Shown: positions 9,502-19,075 of the stretch, piece after piece
How positions within the stretch are numbered: position 1 is the first letter of the stretch
Layout of the letters: each line of letters starts with the position of its first letter
IMG/VR virus record: IMGVR_UViG_3300032373_000001
Direction: 5' to 3' (one strand)
DNA: 64,000 bases
Source: a virus
Lineage: Duplodnaviria; Caudoviricetes
The notes under the pieces: generated by a model
Databases searched by the model: none
The model's input: the letters and a program-made list of their open reading frames with translations, nothing else
What the model was told of the DNA's origin: nothing
Made by a program: the position numbers and the translations under genes

Positions 9502-9815
9502 CACCAGACTCCTGTGGTCTCGTAGCCCTTAGAGGTGAGCCATCGATCCAGCTGCACGAGACCCTCACGGTCCGAGGACCAAAGAGTCAAGCTGTCCCCG
9601 GCGAGGCGTATGCCGAGATCCGGCACCGGAGGCAAAGACGCGATGCGGTTCTTGCCGTCGCGGAAGGCTTTCAAGAACTGCGGGAGGTTCTTGACCCCAT
9701 GCCCGAAGTCATAAACGGCCACCCTCCACTCCGGTGAAGCTCTCGAAGCCACCCACTCACGGGCAATCCGGTAGGTCATCGCGACCCGCTGCTCCGACAA
9801 TTTCAATTTGCTCAT
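9501..9815 (-). CDS. Hypothetical protein
   Basis: 104-aa ORF with GGAG upstream. CCTATC motif 24 nt before the ATG. Confidence 0.7.
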   Translation of the reverse strand: MSKLKLSEQRVAMTYRIAREWVASRASPEWRVAVYDFGHGVKNLPQFLKAFRDGKNRIASLPPVPDLGIRLAGDSLTLWSSDREGLVQLDRWLTSKGYETTGVW

Positions 9816-9856
9816 GGAGGTCTCCTGCAGAACTAAGAGGATAGGGCTCCTACCGC

Positions 9857-10459
9857 TCAGAGCGCATAGATGACCTCATCCCCCCACTCCGAACGGCAAG
9901 TGTCCTTGAGGATGTTAAAGTTCTCTGCCACCTTCTCGAAGACCTCGACGTAAACCCTCATAGAGGGCAGAAGGCGGAGTCGATCGATGGTGCGGAAGAA
10001 CCGATAGCGAACATAGCCTTGAGTGACGCCCAGCTCACGGGCTACGTCGCTCTGGCAAGTGGTCGCCACCATCCGCTCCATGATGCGGGCATCCACATCT
10101 TCCTGAAGGACTCCCCGAAGGTCCCGACCCATTCTCACGGGGTCGAAGTCCGGCAGTTCCATCAAGAAGCGTATTCGAGCTGCTCCCCGCTGAAGCCTGT
10201 AGCACACCGTCGGCTGGGAGACGTTGAACATCTCCGCGATCGTGGTCTGACGCAGCCTCAAGAAGAAATAGAGCTCGATAAAGTCAGCCTCCCTTGCAGG
10301 GATGCGGTCCAGATAGGACCGCACCTCATCCAAACGCTCCTGACCCTCTTCGTGAAGTTCTTCCCAGACCGAAGGCATCTCGGCCAAGGAATCTTCTTCG
10401 CTGAACATTCGTTCAAGGTCGCTGGGGTCCAGGAGAACGTAACGTCCCCATCCGCTCAT
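9857..10459 (-). CDS. Sigma-70 region-4-like protein with two HTH motifs
   Basis: LDRIPAREADFIELYFF...QTTIAEMFNVSQPTVCYRL and CQSDVARELGVTQGYVRYRF. Confidence 0.6.
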   Translation of the reverse strand: MSGWGRYVLLDPSDLERMFSEEDSLAEMPSVWEELHEEGQERLDEVRSYLDRIPAREADFIELYFFLRLRQTTIAEMFNVSQPTVCYRLQRGAARIRFLMELPDFDPVRMGRDLRGVLQEDVDARIMERMVATTCQSDVARELGVTQGYVRYRFFRTIDRLRLLPSMRVYVEVFEKVAENFNILKDTCRSEWGDEVIYAL

Positions 10460-11256
10460 TCATCGCCTCCCGACGGGCGAAGGGCAAAGCGCGGAATTTC
10501 CTTGATTATCTTGAGGGTGCGAAGCCCGTCGAAGACGACTTGAGCCTGACTCCCCTCTGTGTGGACCACCTGACCACACATGTTCTTGTAGTCGCCCTCT
10601 GTGACGACTACAAGCATTCCTTCTGTGATCTCTTCTGCGACCATCTTGCCGAGGGAGCCCTTCAGCTCATCCACGGCGGCCTGAGACACAGTCTGGAGGA
10701 CCGTGACCGACCCTCCAGTGTAGTGCAAGACCCCCTTCAAGTTGGGGGAGCGGTGTACCGCGTTCAGGTACTCTTGCTCGGGGAGCCCCGACGCGCAAAA
10801 GGCGTACCCTTCCATGACGCTAAAGGTGTACGCCTTTCCGCCATACTGGTAGCTGACCGAGGGAATGAACACGGGGAGGTCCTTGCTCTTCAAGACCGCC
10901 CGTAAGTGCGGCTCCAACTCACCTTGAGAGGCCAGCTGGACCCCAGCATAACTCAGCTCGAAGACCACCCAGGTCTGGTCATCTCGGACGTCCCGGCTGA
11001 CTCGCTCTGGGCGAAGGACCAACATCCCCCCGGTCAAGGGTTTCGTCACCGGACACAAGCGGTCCAGGACCTCTCCCCTTGTAGCGGACCGGAACCCTGC
11101 CTCCCGAAGCAGACTGAAGAAGTCTGCTTCGCTGAAAGTCGTCAGCGAGCAGGACCTCATCTCACGCACCAAGGTGGATACAGCTTCCCCGAGGGAAGTG
11201 ATCTCCTCCCCCAGGACACTCAGGAGTTGTTCGAAGTTTTCCTCACTGAGTGTCAT
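10456..11256 (-). CDS. NusG-like transcription elongation/antitermination factor (NGN + KOW)
   Basis: WVVFEL, VFIP, VMEGYAFC and KGVL in the NGN part. ITEGMLVVVTEGDYKNMCGQV is KOW-like. Confidence 0.7.
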   Translation of the reverse strand: MTLSEENFEQLLSVLGEEITSLGEAVSTLVREMRSCSLTTFSEADFFSLLREAGFRSATRGEVLDRLCPVTKPLTGGMLVLRPERVSRDVRDDQTWVVFELSYAGVQLASQGELEPHLRAVLKSKDLPVFIPSVSYQYGGKAYTFSVMEGYAFCASGLPEQEYLNAVHRSPNLKGVLHYTGGSVTVLQTVSQAAVDELKGSLGKMVAEEITEGMLVVVTEGDYKNMCGQVVHTEGSQAQVVFDGLRTLKIIKEIPRFALRPSGGDE

Positions 11257-11273
11257 CTAATCCTCCAAGGGTT

Positions 11274-12620
11274 TCACCCTGCGGATAAGTGAAACTGTAC
11301 CAAGTTCCGGAACAACACTGGCTGCATCTTGCCAGTTTTCGGGGCCCGTGGTTGGGGGAGAGGGATCTCAGGTTCTTCTCGCAGGGTGTTGGAGGGACCC
11401 GGACCCACCCCCCGAGGATCGATAAACACTCCACCTTGAACGGTCGGTTCTTCGAAGGTCTCAGGGTCTGGGTCAGGCTCCTCTGTAATTTCAGTACCCG
11501 CAGGCGCCGCAGATGTGACCCCTAAAACAACTTGGGACATGCTCTGAATCCCAAGTTGACCCCGGAGAGCGAAGTGTACTGACCCGACATCCATCAGGAG
11601 CGTGTGGCGATTCACCCGGTGAGGAGGAGCAGCGAAGCGGGCAGCGATCCCTAAGAGGGTAGGACCCATCTTGCTGATGTTCCGGATTCGCTCGGGTTTC
11701 CAGTGGGAAGGGATTTTGCCGACGCCCAGGCTTTCCCGATAAGCGCACATCGATGCCTCGGCAAGACGCTCGTAGGCCGATGCGGGGCTGACCTCGTGCG
11801 CCATCTGGGTAGCGATGACGGTTGCCTTCTGAAGGTCGGTCGCCAGGTTCTCCAAGATATCCAGCGCGAGGTCATTGGCCCCCAGCCTCATGTACTGAGA
11901 GACGTTCGCCTTCGTCACCGCGCCCAACATGCTGACGCCCTCGACCGACTTCAACGCGTCCCGGATGTGACTCTCAGAAATCTCCGCGAGGGTCACCAGG
12001 GCATCGTGCTCGTACTCGATGCCCTCCTGCTGGCAGACCCAGGCGAGACGCTCTGCGATCTTCTCGGGGACGACCGAGCGAATGACGAAAGCTGGAGCAC
12101 AGCGACTGAAGATGGTGGAACGCATCCGCTCCGGCTCGGTCGTAGCAAAGATGCAGACGAGCTTCTTGTCCTGAGTGCCCTCGACGGAATCTTCCATCGG
12201 CTTCAAGAGGATGTCGAGGGCCTGCTTGGAGAGCTGGTGGCTCTCGTCGAAGAGGTAGATCTTCCGCTTGCCGCTGAAAGAGGAATAGCGGATCTCATCA
12301 ACGATCCGGGCCAGGTCCTCCTTCTTGGACTTGCTGGCAGCGTCCAGCTCCTCGAAGTTCTCGTGCGTCTTGCCTTCGAGGAGCGTGCGGCACGAGTGGC
12401 ACTCATTGCAGGGGTCCCCGTCGACAGGGTCGTCGCAAAGAAGCGCGCGGACCAAGATGCGGGCAGTGGTAGTCTTCCCGCTGCCGTGCTGACCGCAGAA
12501 CACATAGCTCTGCTGGAAGCCGCGACCCTCCTTGACGAACTGGCGGAGGACCGCGACGTGGGAATCTTGCCCCAGGACATCGTTGTAGTTTGCGGGGCGG
12601 TATTTGGTGTCGAGGGCCAA
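11274..12620 (-). CDS. dnaX: DNA polymerase III gamma/tau-like clamp-loader ATPase
   Basis: ALDTKYRP, VLGQ, Walker A GQHGSGKTTTARIL, CNECHSC zinc module, LFDESHQLS, LLKPMEDS, TIFSRC. Confidence 0.9.
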   Translation of the reverse strand: MALDTKYRPANYNDVLGQDSHVAVLRQFVKEGRGFQQSYVFCGQHGSGKTTTARILVRALLCDDPVDGDPCNECHSCRTLLEGKTHENFEELDAASKSKKEDLARIVDEIRYSSFSGKRKIYLFDESHQLSKQALDILLKPMEDSVEGTQDKKLVCIFATTEPERMRSTIFSRCAPAFVIRSVVPEKIAERLAWVCQQEGIEYEHDALVTLAEISESHIRDALKSVEGVSMLGAVTKANVSQYMRLGANDLALDILENLATDLQKATVIATQMAHEVSPASAYERLAEASMCAYRESLGVGKIPSHWKPERIRNISKMGPTLLGIAARFAAPPHRVNRHTLLMDVGSVHFALRGQLGIQSMSQVVLGVTSAAPAGTEITEEPDPDPETFEEPTVQGGVFIDPRGVGPGPSNTLREEPEIPLPQPRAPKTGKMQPVLFRNLVQFHLSAG

Positions 12621-12640
12621 GGGGAACTCCGTGCTTGCCG

Positions 12641-13057
12641 CTACTTACCGGAAGAGTTGCGCTTGTGCAGTAGCTCTTGAACACCCAAGAAGACCTCACC
12701 CAGTGAGGGCACCCACGGGTGAGGAACTGGGTGAGGGTCGTTGGGGTCCGCAAAGCGGAACTCAGTATGTACAGTCAGCTCAGGCTCCTCAGAAATCGAC
12801 ACCAAGAAGAAGTTGACCCTGTAAGGGATTCCGTTGCAGTCTTCGAGGTCCACCCAGAACTCGGGGTTCGGGCCGACCTCGGCGTTAACCCCAAGCTCCT
12901 CGGATAATTCGCGGGCGAGGGCTTGCCTGAGGGTCTCGCCGGGGTCCACCTTCCCCCCAGGCGTCTCCCAGCAGCCTGCGTAGCTGGGACCCTTGCGCTT
13001 CCCCACGAAGAGGTGACCGCTCTCATCGAGCCAAAGCCCCGAGACTACTTGAAGCAT
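12641..13057 (-). CDS. Nudix (MutT-like) hydrolase
   Basis: Nudix box GGKVDPGETLRQALARELSEELG. Start moved to the ATG at 13057. Confidence 0.85.
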   Translation of the reverse strand: MLQVVSGLWLDESGHLFVGKRKGPSYAGCWETPGGKVDPGETLRQALARELSEELGVNAEVGPNPEFWVDLEDCNGIPYRVNFFLVSISEEPELTVHTEFRFADPNDPHPVPHPWVPSLGEVFLGVQELLHKRNSSGK

Positions 13058-13521
13058 GATCCCAACCCCAGAGTCTCCATAGTGTCTTCGATGCTCCGGA
13101 CCTTCTCCAGGTAGCGGGAGCGCTCCGCTTCGAAGTGCTTCTGGGAGGTGCGGCCAATGTGGGCGCGGGAGCACTCAGGGAACAGCGTCAGATACTCCAC
13201 AGGAAACTCAGCGAAGGATCGCGTAGAGCCCCCATCGTTCTCCCAGTAGCCTGCGGTGAACCTCTTGATAGTAGGGTGCTCCCACCGGTGGGAGTAACTG
13301 CTGCCCATGTCCCAGAGGAATCTGTAGAGTTGCTCATCGTCGCAGCAGACCCGGATCTGGGCCGAATGCCTGGACCGCTGGGCGGTGTAGTCCTTGTAGA
13401 ACCACACCAATCCCGGACGGTACAGACCCTCCTCGCTGAAGATGGCGGCCAGAGTCAAGGACTGATCCCGCTCCTGCCGTTCTTTCTCTCCCTGGAGATG
13501 TTCGATGTACTGCTGCCCCAT
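13045..13521 (-). CDS. Hypothetical protein
   Basis: 158-aa ORF in the operon with normal codon bias. Confidence 0.65.
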   Translation of the reverse strand: MGQQYIEHLQGEKERQERDQSLTLAAIFSEEGLYRPGLVWFYKDYTAQRSRHSAQIRVCCDDEQLYRFLWDMGSSYSHRWEHPTIKRFTAGYWENDGGSTRSFAEFPVEYLTLFPECSRAHIGRTSQKHFEAERSRYLEKVRSIEDTMETLGLGSCFK

Positions 13522-13817
13522 CTTCCGGAGGCGGGCCTTCCGCTGAAGCGGGGGGCAGCGAGGTACTTCTCGAGCTCCTTCATCGGATAGGTCTCTTCGA
13601 TCGGAGTCCTGGATGAGGGGAAGCGGCCACTCATGTGGAAGAAGGTGCCCTCGAACCCAGCAGGGTCCTCAATGAAGAGGACCAGCCTCTTGCTCGATTG
13701 GAGGGTCGCCTTGAACCCTTCAGGCATTCGGAGGTTCAAGTAGTTCTGGACCTCCTCCGGAGTGTAGTTTTCGGGGGAGCCTGCCTTGACCTCCCGCCTC
13801 TCCTGAATCGTGCCCAT
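13455..13817 (-). CDS. Hypothetical protein
   Basis: 120-aa ORF coupled to the upstream gene. Its 3' end overlaps the next gene by 67 nt. Confidence 0.55.
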   Translation of the reverse strand: MGTIQERREVKAGSPENYTPEEVQNYLNLRMPEGFKATLQSSKRLVLFIEDPAGFEGTFFHMSGRFPSSRTPIEETYPMKELEKYLAAPRFSGRPASGRWGSSTSNISRERKNGRSGISP

Positions 13818-14128
13818 CAGAAATCCAGTCCTTGTAGATGTTGCTTCCAGGCCTCATCCCACTCGCTGCGAGAATAGTTGCTTCGCCGGTGGTTGACGTG
13901 GTCATCCCCAAACAAAGAGGACTCCCACCTCTCGGGGAGGGAGAGTCCTCTTTTCCGGATCTCCCTCAGAGCCCGGTGCGCCTTCCGTTGGGGAGAGCAA
14001 GTTGCAATGGCATCCCGCTCAAACCCGCAACGAGGGACATCGTCAAGACCTTCAGGATTGCAGAGGCAGACGAGTGCCTTGCTGGCGAAGGTCTTAAGGA
14101 GGGTGAGGTCTTCGGCGGAGAGCTTCAT
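13817..14128 (-). CDS. Hypothetical protein
   Basis: 103-aa ORF in the operon. Confidence 0.6.
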   Translation of the reverse strand: MKLSAEDLTLLKTFASKALVCLCNPEGLDDVPRCGFERDAIATCSPQRKAHRALREIRKRGLSLPERWESSLFGDDHVNHRRSNYSRSEWDEAWKQHLQGLDF

Positions 14129-14146
14129 GCCCCACCCTACCCTCTC

Positions 14147-14758
14147 TCAGTCGAGGGTGAGGTCAAAGACCGAGCTCGGGTCCTCCTCCGAAGCCGGAGC
14201 CTTCGGAGCGACGTGGGGGGCATCCTCAGCGTCCGGCATAGGCGCACCGGGCATCGGGACGAAGGGCTTGGTCTGCTCGCCGTTCTTGACCACGTCCTCG
14301 ATCAGGTCCGCGCCGTCCTGGGGGCCTCGGGAAGCCTCGTCCGGCATCGGCATCCACACGCCGAAGCGCTCAACGTTCTCCCGGAACATCATGACGTCGG
14401 GCGGGACCTTGTAGCACTTGTAGCCGCTCTGGCTCTCTTCGTCTTCGTCCTCGTCGCAGCGGCAGGAGCACAGGAGGGAGTCGAGGAGCGCCTTCCGCTG
14501 GCGGGAGGTCAGCTCGTGCTCCCAGCCGTCAGAGCCCAGCATGAGGATGAACTCCAGGGGCTCATCCCGGAGAGCGTTCATCGTGGGGTTGGGGCGCAGC
14601 ACCTTGCCGTAAATGCGACCGCCTCCGCGACGGTTCCACGCCTTTTCGCGGAACATCACCACGATCTTGTCGACGACCAGCGCGAGGTCCGGGTGGTACT
14701 GACCGACCAGATACTTCATCTGGTCCTGGATCTCATCGCGCGCCTTCCACTGTTCCAT
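14147..14758 (-). CDS. Phage putative-metallopeptidase-like protein lacking HExxH
   Basis: FILMLGSDGWEHELTSRQRKALLDSLLCSC resembles the W..L...QR.AL.DHELxH pattern. Ends with PPDVMMFRENVERFG. Confidence 0.55.
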   Translation of the reverse strand: MEQWKARDEIQDQMKYLVGQYHPDLALVVDKIVVMFREKAWNRRGGGRIYGKVLRPNPTMNALRDEPLEFILMLGSDGWEHELTSRQRKALLDSLLCSCRCDEDEDEESQSGYKCYKVPPDVMMFRENVERFGVWMPMPDEASRGPQDGADLIEDVVKNGEQTKPFVPMPGAPMPDAEDAPHVAPKAPASEEDPSSVFDLTLD

Positions 14759-14769
14759 GTAAGTCTCCG

Positions 14770-15522
14770 TCAGAGCTGAAACGCTCTCTTCAGTGCATGA
14801 ACCCCGCCCCGATCCCAGATCTCTCCGGGGTCCTTGCCTCCGGAGTACCGAACGGGGCGGGCTCGGAGGCCTGCCTTCTCAAGTCGGGCAGGCACCCCTG
14901 GGATCCATTTACCTGGGTCACGGTCTGAGGTGGCCTTGGACCGATCGTGGAAACCCGTGAGCTGCTTCTGGCCGGTCTCATCCATGTCGAACGCTACATG
15001 AACCATGGCGGTGCGCGCCAGGAACCTACGAAGGAAATGGAGCTGAAGCCGGCTCAACCTCGCGGTCCCACAAGCCAGAGCAACGTCCCCTTTCGGGAGG
15101 GCCTTGGAGATACACAGGTCGAAGGCCCCCTCCACCAACCACACGGACCCACCCGCCCAGATCTTCTGGAGCACAGAGGGGGCCATTCCGATGAAAGTGG
15201 GGTTGTGCTCACTGCGAGGCAAGCGGTAGTCTCGAACCTTCTTCTTCTCGTCGAAGGACCAAGTCCTGTACTCCACCCCCAAAACACGGCCGGAGGGGCT
15301 CCAATAAGGTAGGGTGAGCCACCCTGCCCTCCAGTCACCCCGCTCCCCATGCTGGGTCCGATACTTGCCTTCTGGGGCGGGCTCCGCCGGGGCCTGCCAC
15401 AGACCCACCTGCATCTCTTCCATCAGAGAGTAGGGAAGACCACGCCCCAGGACGTAGCCCTCCAAAGCCTCAGAACGGTTTGCGGCGGCCCGGAGCAGGC
15501 CAGCCTTGAGCCAGTTTTCCAT
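14770..15522 (-). CDS. DnaG-type primase catalytic (TOPRIM) core without a zinc-binding domain
   Basis: VWLVEGAFD, VAFDMDETG and KDPGE motifs. Confidence 0.8.
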   Translation of the reverse strand: MENWLKAGLLRAAANRSEALEGYVLGRGLPYSLMEEMQVGLWQAPAEPAPEGKYRTQHGERGDWRAGWLTLPYWSPSGRVLGVEYRTWSFDEKKKVRDYRLPRSEHNPTFIGMAPSVLQKIWAGGSVWLVEGAFDLCISKALPKGDVALACGTARLSRLQLHFLRRFLARTAMVHVAFDMDETGQKQLTGFHDRSKATSDRDPGKWIPGVPARLEKAGLRARPVRYSGGKDPGEIWDRGGVHALKRAFQL

Positions 15523-15665
15523 CAGAACGGATCGGAGACCAGGATGTAAGGGGTGAAGCCCGGGTCATCGCAGAGCACCCCAAGGGGCCGCGACGCAGGA
15601 TAAATCGAAAGGGCAAACCAGAGAACCCGTCGTCCAACCAGCTCACGTCTCGTCGGGCTTCTCAT
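15522..15665 (-). CDS. Possible 47-aa small protein
   Basis: MRSPTRRELVGRRVLWFALSIYPASRPLGVLCDDPGFTPYILVSDPF fills the gap. Its TGA overlaps the primase ATG. Confidence 0.35.
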   Translation of the reverse strand: MRSPTRRELVGRRVLWFALSIYPASRPLGVLCDDPGFTPYILVSDPF

Positions 15666-16215
15666 CGTCCGGCTCCGGGTCGGGTTCCACTGCCGAGGCC
15701 AGAATCACGATGCCTCGGGAGGGGTTGTGGAATGCAGCGGCCTTTACCCCTCCCGCAAAGTCGACCGTAGTGCCCAGATACCCGCGATCCTCGGGCAACA
15801 GAACGGCCCAGGTTGCCGGGACCCAGGCTTCCTCTCTCGCCGATATGGAGAGAGGAATTCCCACCAAAGGGAATTCGGAGCCGTGGATCAAGTGCCGTTC
15901 TCCAGGCACCTCATAAGACTCCAAGAAGTCCAAGGCAGACTTCAAGCCCTCTTTGGTGGGCGGGAGCACATTGCCCCACTCCTGCTCCAGAGACTTCGCC
16001 CAGATCAACTGGAGGGCATCCCGGAAGAGGAACCCCAGGGGGATTTTGCGAGGGGCAGCGCGGATCTCAGGACCGGGCATCGCCCGGTCAACCCACAAGA
16101 AGTCCCGCGAAGAGGTCACCAGGTACGGACCATCGAGCCCTGGTGAGATGGGGATCTTCAGGATAAGCGGGCGGCGCTTGTAGGAAGGGTAGGTGATCAT
16201 CTCCGTCAGAACCAT
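15643..16215 (-). CDS. Hypothetical protein
   Basis: ORF with GGAGG before the ATG at 16215. Confidence 0.65.
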   Translation of the reverse strand: MVLTEMITYPSYKRRPLILKIPISPGLDGPYLVTSSRDFLWVDRAMPGPEIRAAPRKIPLGFLFRDALQLIWAKSLEQEWGNVLPPTKEGLKSALDFLESYEVPGERHLIHGSEFPLVGIPLSISAREEAWVPATWAVLLPEDRGYLGTTVDFAGGVKAAAFHNPSRGIVILASAVEPDPEPDDEKPDET

Positions 16216-16979
16216 GACAGAAACCTCCGCCACCAAGAGGGGGGGTCTTGGTGGGCCGGAAGCTGGGCGGCACGGAAGTCTTCGAGTTCCCCTTGGAGGC
16301 GGGCGAGAGCTTCTGATTTGACCTGGGCAGCCCGGCGATGCTCCTCTGCGCGAGCATCAGCTTCGCGCAGAGCCTTCTCGGAAGCGGCCAGGGCTCGCTC
16401 TTGGCTGCGAATGATGCTGTCTTTTTGATCGGCTTGCTGCTGGATTTCTGCAGCAGCGTCCAGGTCTGCCTGGAGTCTCTCCGCCTTGGCCTGCGCAGCC
16501 TTCAGGGTGACCGCTCCTTCCAGGTAGGCCCCTTGAAGGGTCTGACGGTCTTCTGGGGTATCCGCCCAAGCCGCCACACCCCACAACTTCAAGGCAGGCT
16601 CCGCCTGTAGCATGAGGTGGCCTCGCTGGTCGTCATCATCCCCATTCGCCAAGACCCACAAGAGGGAGGCGATATCGGGAAAACGAGCAGCGAGGTCTTG
16701 CGGAGGGCGCGTCTTCAGAAACTCCCGCAGGCTCTTGCGGATCTGAGGCTCGGTCGCGCGGGGAGTATAGTCCGGGCACTCCGGGGCACGGTCATCCAAG
16801 ACCGGGTCGCACTTCTGGCAGTCCAAGGCGCAGACCCGGACTGCCCCCGTACCAAAGGTCACCTCTCGGTTATTGGTACAGCTGGGGCCGGTGCGGCGGG
16901 TGAGGTTGCGGACCTCCCGCTGGATGGCCCGGTGTACTGCCTGCTTCAACTTATGAGCAACCTGACCCTTGGACCTCAT
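16206..16979 (-). CDS. Hypothetical protein with Cys-rich N-terminus, coiled coil and amphipathic C-terminus
   Basis: CTNN...CALDCQKC...CP, then an Ala/Gln/Glu coil, ending PSWWRRFLSWF. Confidence 0.65.
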   Translation of the reverse strand: MRSKGQVAHKLKQAVHRAIQREVRNLTRRTGPSCTNNREVTFGTGAVRVCALDCQKCDPVLDDRAPECPDYTPRATEPQIRKSLREFLKTRPPQDLAARFPDIASLLWVLANGDDDDQRGHLMLQAEPALKLWGVAAWADTPEDRQTLQGAYLEGAVTLKAAQAKAERLQADLDAAAEIQQQADQKDSIIRSQERALAASEKALREADARAEEHRRAAQVKSEALARLQGELEDFRAAQLPAHQDPPSWWRRFLSWF

Positions 16980-16983
16980 GGCG

Positions 16984-17640
16984 TCACTTCTTCCTCCGAA
17001 GGGGCTTGAACACCGCCGCACCCTTCTGGGCTTGGATGCGGTAGGCAGTGTCCGCCTCTTCTACAAGAGTAGGATTGTGTGTTACCGCGAGGATGTCCAA
17101 ACCCAACCGATCGCTCAGCAGCGAAAGGAACCGGGCAACGCGGGGGATGTACTGCTCGTTGATGGCCGCCAGGCTCTCGTCCAGCAGCAAGATAGGTCGC
17201 AAACCCCTCCGCGTCAGAACTACGATGCGCAGCAAGACTGACTGGACAGTCGCCACGGCCCCACCGTAGGACTCCGTCACAGACCCTACAACCTCGACAC
17301 CATTCGCCTGCTTCTGGATGGTGTCGAATTGGACGCTGACCTTGCCCCGGTGGACCCCCACCTCCGCGCGGACGCTGATGGTCTGGTCATCGAAAATCAC
17401 CCCGAGCCCCTCGGTGAGGAGGGATTCGGCCGTCTTGGCGTTGCCGACGATCTCTTGGTCCAAGAGGTTTCGGAAAAGGTCAGCGACTTTCGCCAACACC
17501 TCACTCTCCTGCGTCAAGGACGCAACCAATTCCTCGGTTGCGTCCCGGCGTCGGACCAAAGAGTCCCGGTGATGGACCGCTTCCAAGAGGCGGGCTTCGA
17601 CCCCTTGGAAGCGGTCCGAAAGGTTGTTCAGTTCTTCCAC
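16984..17640 (-). CDS. Rad50/SbcC C-terminal half (ABC signature, Walker B, H-switch)
   Basis: SYGGAVA signature-like motif, ILLLDES, LAVTHN. No Walker A. Confidence 0.8.
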   Translation of the reverse strand: MEELNNLSDRFQGVEARLLEAVHHRDSLVRRRDATEELVASLTQESEVLAKVADLFRNLLDQEIVGNAKTAESLLTEGLGVIFDDQTISVRAEVGVHRGKVSVQFDTIQKQANGVEVVGSVTESYGGAVATVQSVLLRIVVLTRRGLRPILLLDESLAAINEQYIPRVARFLSLLSDRLGLDILAVTHNPTLVEEADTAYRIQAQKGAAVFKPLRRKK

Positions 17641-18800
17641 AGGATGATCGCGGTGTAGCGGTTGTCGTCCGGGAACTTGTTGCCGAACAACTCCTCCCCA
17701 TCCTCACCTTCGGGAGCGTTTACCCGGAACTCCACGTACCCGCCGCGCGCCTTCTTGTAGACGCCGAGAGAAAGGGTGTCGAGGCCAAAGGTGCTGGCGA
17801 CTCCCTCCAGGTAGCGAGTGCGGATGGTGAAGTCGGTCCAGTTATCCATGTCCCCCGCGAGGACCGACTTCTCCAGAGGGTACTCATCCAGCCCGCCCGC
17901 CTCGCAAGGCATGCTGGCGTAGACCTGACCGGAGTTGTAGCTGAAGGTGACATCGCTGTGACCCTTGGGGGCACCTGCGAGGAGGACACTGAGCGCCACT
18001 GCGAACTCTTCGCGGTCCAGAGTGAGCTGGACCGGCGGGTTCTGGTCGCTGGGGATCTTCAAATCCGGGAATTCCAGCACAGGGCGGGAGACGCCGAAGT
18101 AGCTGCCGTCCGACTTCCAGAAGGTGGTGCTGCCCCCACCGCCCACCGACAGGTCGCGGTCGCTGTTCTTGATCGTGATGGAGTCCTTGCCTCCGAGGAA
18201 GCGGGAGACCGTGTTTACATCCGAGGAGGGGATGCGGATGTCGAGCCCGGTCAGCGGCAGGTCGATCTTGAGGATCGACCTGCGGTCGCTGGCCCAGAGA
18301 ACACCAGCGCGGGACTCCACCTGAGCGATCTCCGGCTTGGTGGTGTCCTCATCGCTCATGAAGAACTTGCAGAGCGCCAGCGCCCTGTTGAGGGCAGCGC
18401 CGTCGATGGTGCCCATCTCCTCCGCCGACGCCATCAGGTTGTCGTTGGTGGGCCACTTGGTCGGGTCCAGGGAGCGGAGCCGGATGCGGGAGTGCGGCCC
18501 CTTGCACCTCACGTCACCATTGCCCTCGTACTCCAAAGTCAGCAGACCCTCGCCGACCGCTGCGACCCACTTCTCCAAACGCCACGCCTCCACGGTGAAG
18601 GCATCCCCGTCCTCAGCGTTGTCCACCTTCGAGATGATAGGGGCCGAAGCGAAGGTCTGGCGCGAGAAGGAGTTGACCTTGAGAACGCCGCCCGAGAGCC
18701 GGAAGAGGTAGTGGGAAGAGAGGTCTGCATCCTTGCCCACGGCAAAGCGTACAGTGCTGATCGCGGTCTCCAGGTCTTGCTGAGCCACCTGAATCTTCAT
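17628..18800 (-). CDS. dnaN: DNA polymerase III beta sliding-clamp-like protein
   Basis: 390 aa (beta-clamp size). N-terminus MKIQVAQQDLETAISTVRFAV. Three-domain helix/strand periodicity, with FPDL, LTLDREEFAVAL and IRTRYLEGV segments. Co-occurs with DnaX, HolA and HolB. Confidence 0.7.
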   Translation of the reverse strand: MKIQVAQQDLETAISTVRFAVGKDADLSSHYLFRLSGGVLKVNSFSRQTFASAPIISKVDNAEDGDAFTVEAWRLEKWVAAVGEGLLTLEYEGNGDVRCKGPHSRIRLRSLDPTKWPTNDNLMASAEEMGTIDGAALNRALALCKFFMSDEDTTKPEIAQVESRAGVLWASDRRSILKIDLPLTGLDIRIPSSDVNTVSRFLGGKDSITIKNSDRDLSVGGGGSTTFWKSDGSYFGVSRPVLEFPDLKIPSDQNPPVQLTLDREEFAVALSVLLAGAPKGHSDVTFSYNSGQVYASMPCEAGGLDEYPLEKSVLAGDMDNWTDFTIRTRYLEGVASTFGLDTLSLGVYKKARGGYVEFRVNAPEGEDGEELFGNKFPDDNRYTAIILWKN

Positions 18801-19066
18801 CGGATTTTCTCCGTGTAAGGCTTGAGATCAGCTTCCAGCTGATCCAAGTCGTTGTTGAACTTTTCGACCTCAGAGGCCAACGCCTCTTCGAGGGCCTTGA
18901 CCTTGGCACCCAACTCGGAGGGCTCGATGCCCATGGCCCGAATCTCATCCTCAACCGCCGCCACGTTGCGGTCAGCTGCCTCTTTCTGGCCCTGGATGCG
19001 CTGGGCCAAGGAAGAGAGTTTATCGCGGCGCTTCAGCGCCTCTTCCAACTTGTTGTCGATGTCCAT
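18797..19066 (-). CDS. Small coiled-coil protein
   Basis: 89 aa with continuous heptad repeats. Confidence 0.75.
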   Translation of the reverse strand: MDIDNKLEEALKRRDKLSSLAQRIQGQKEAADRNVAAVEDEIRAMGIEPSELGAKVKALEEALASEVEKFNNDLDQLEADLKPYTEKIR

Positions 19067-19075
19067 ACTGTGCCC

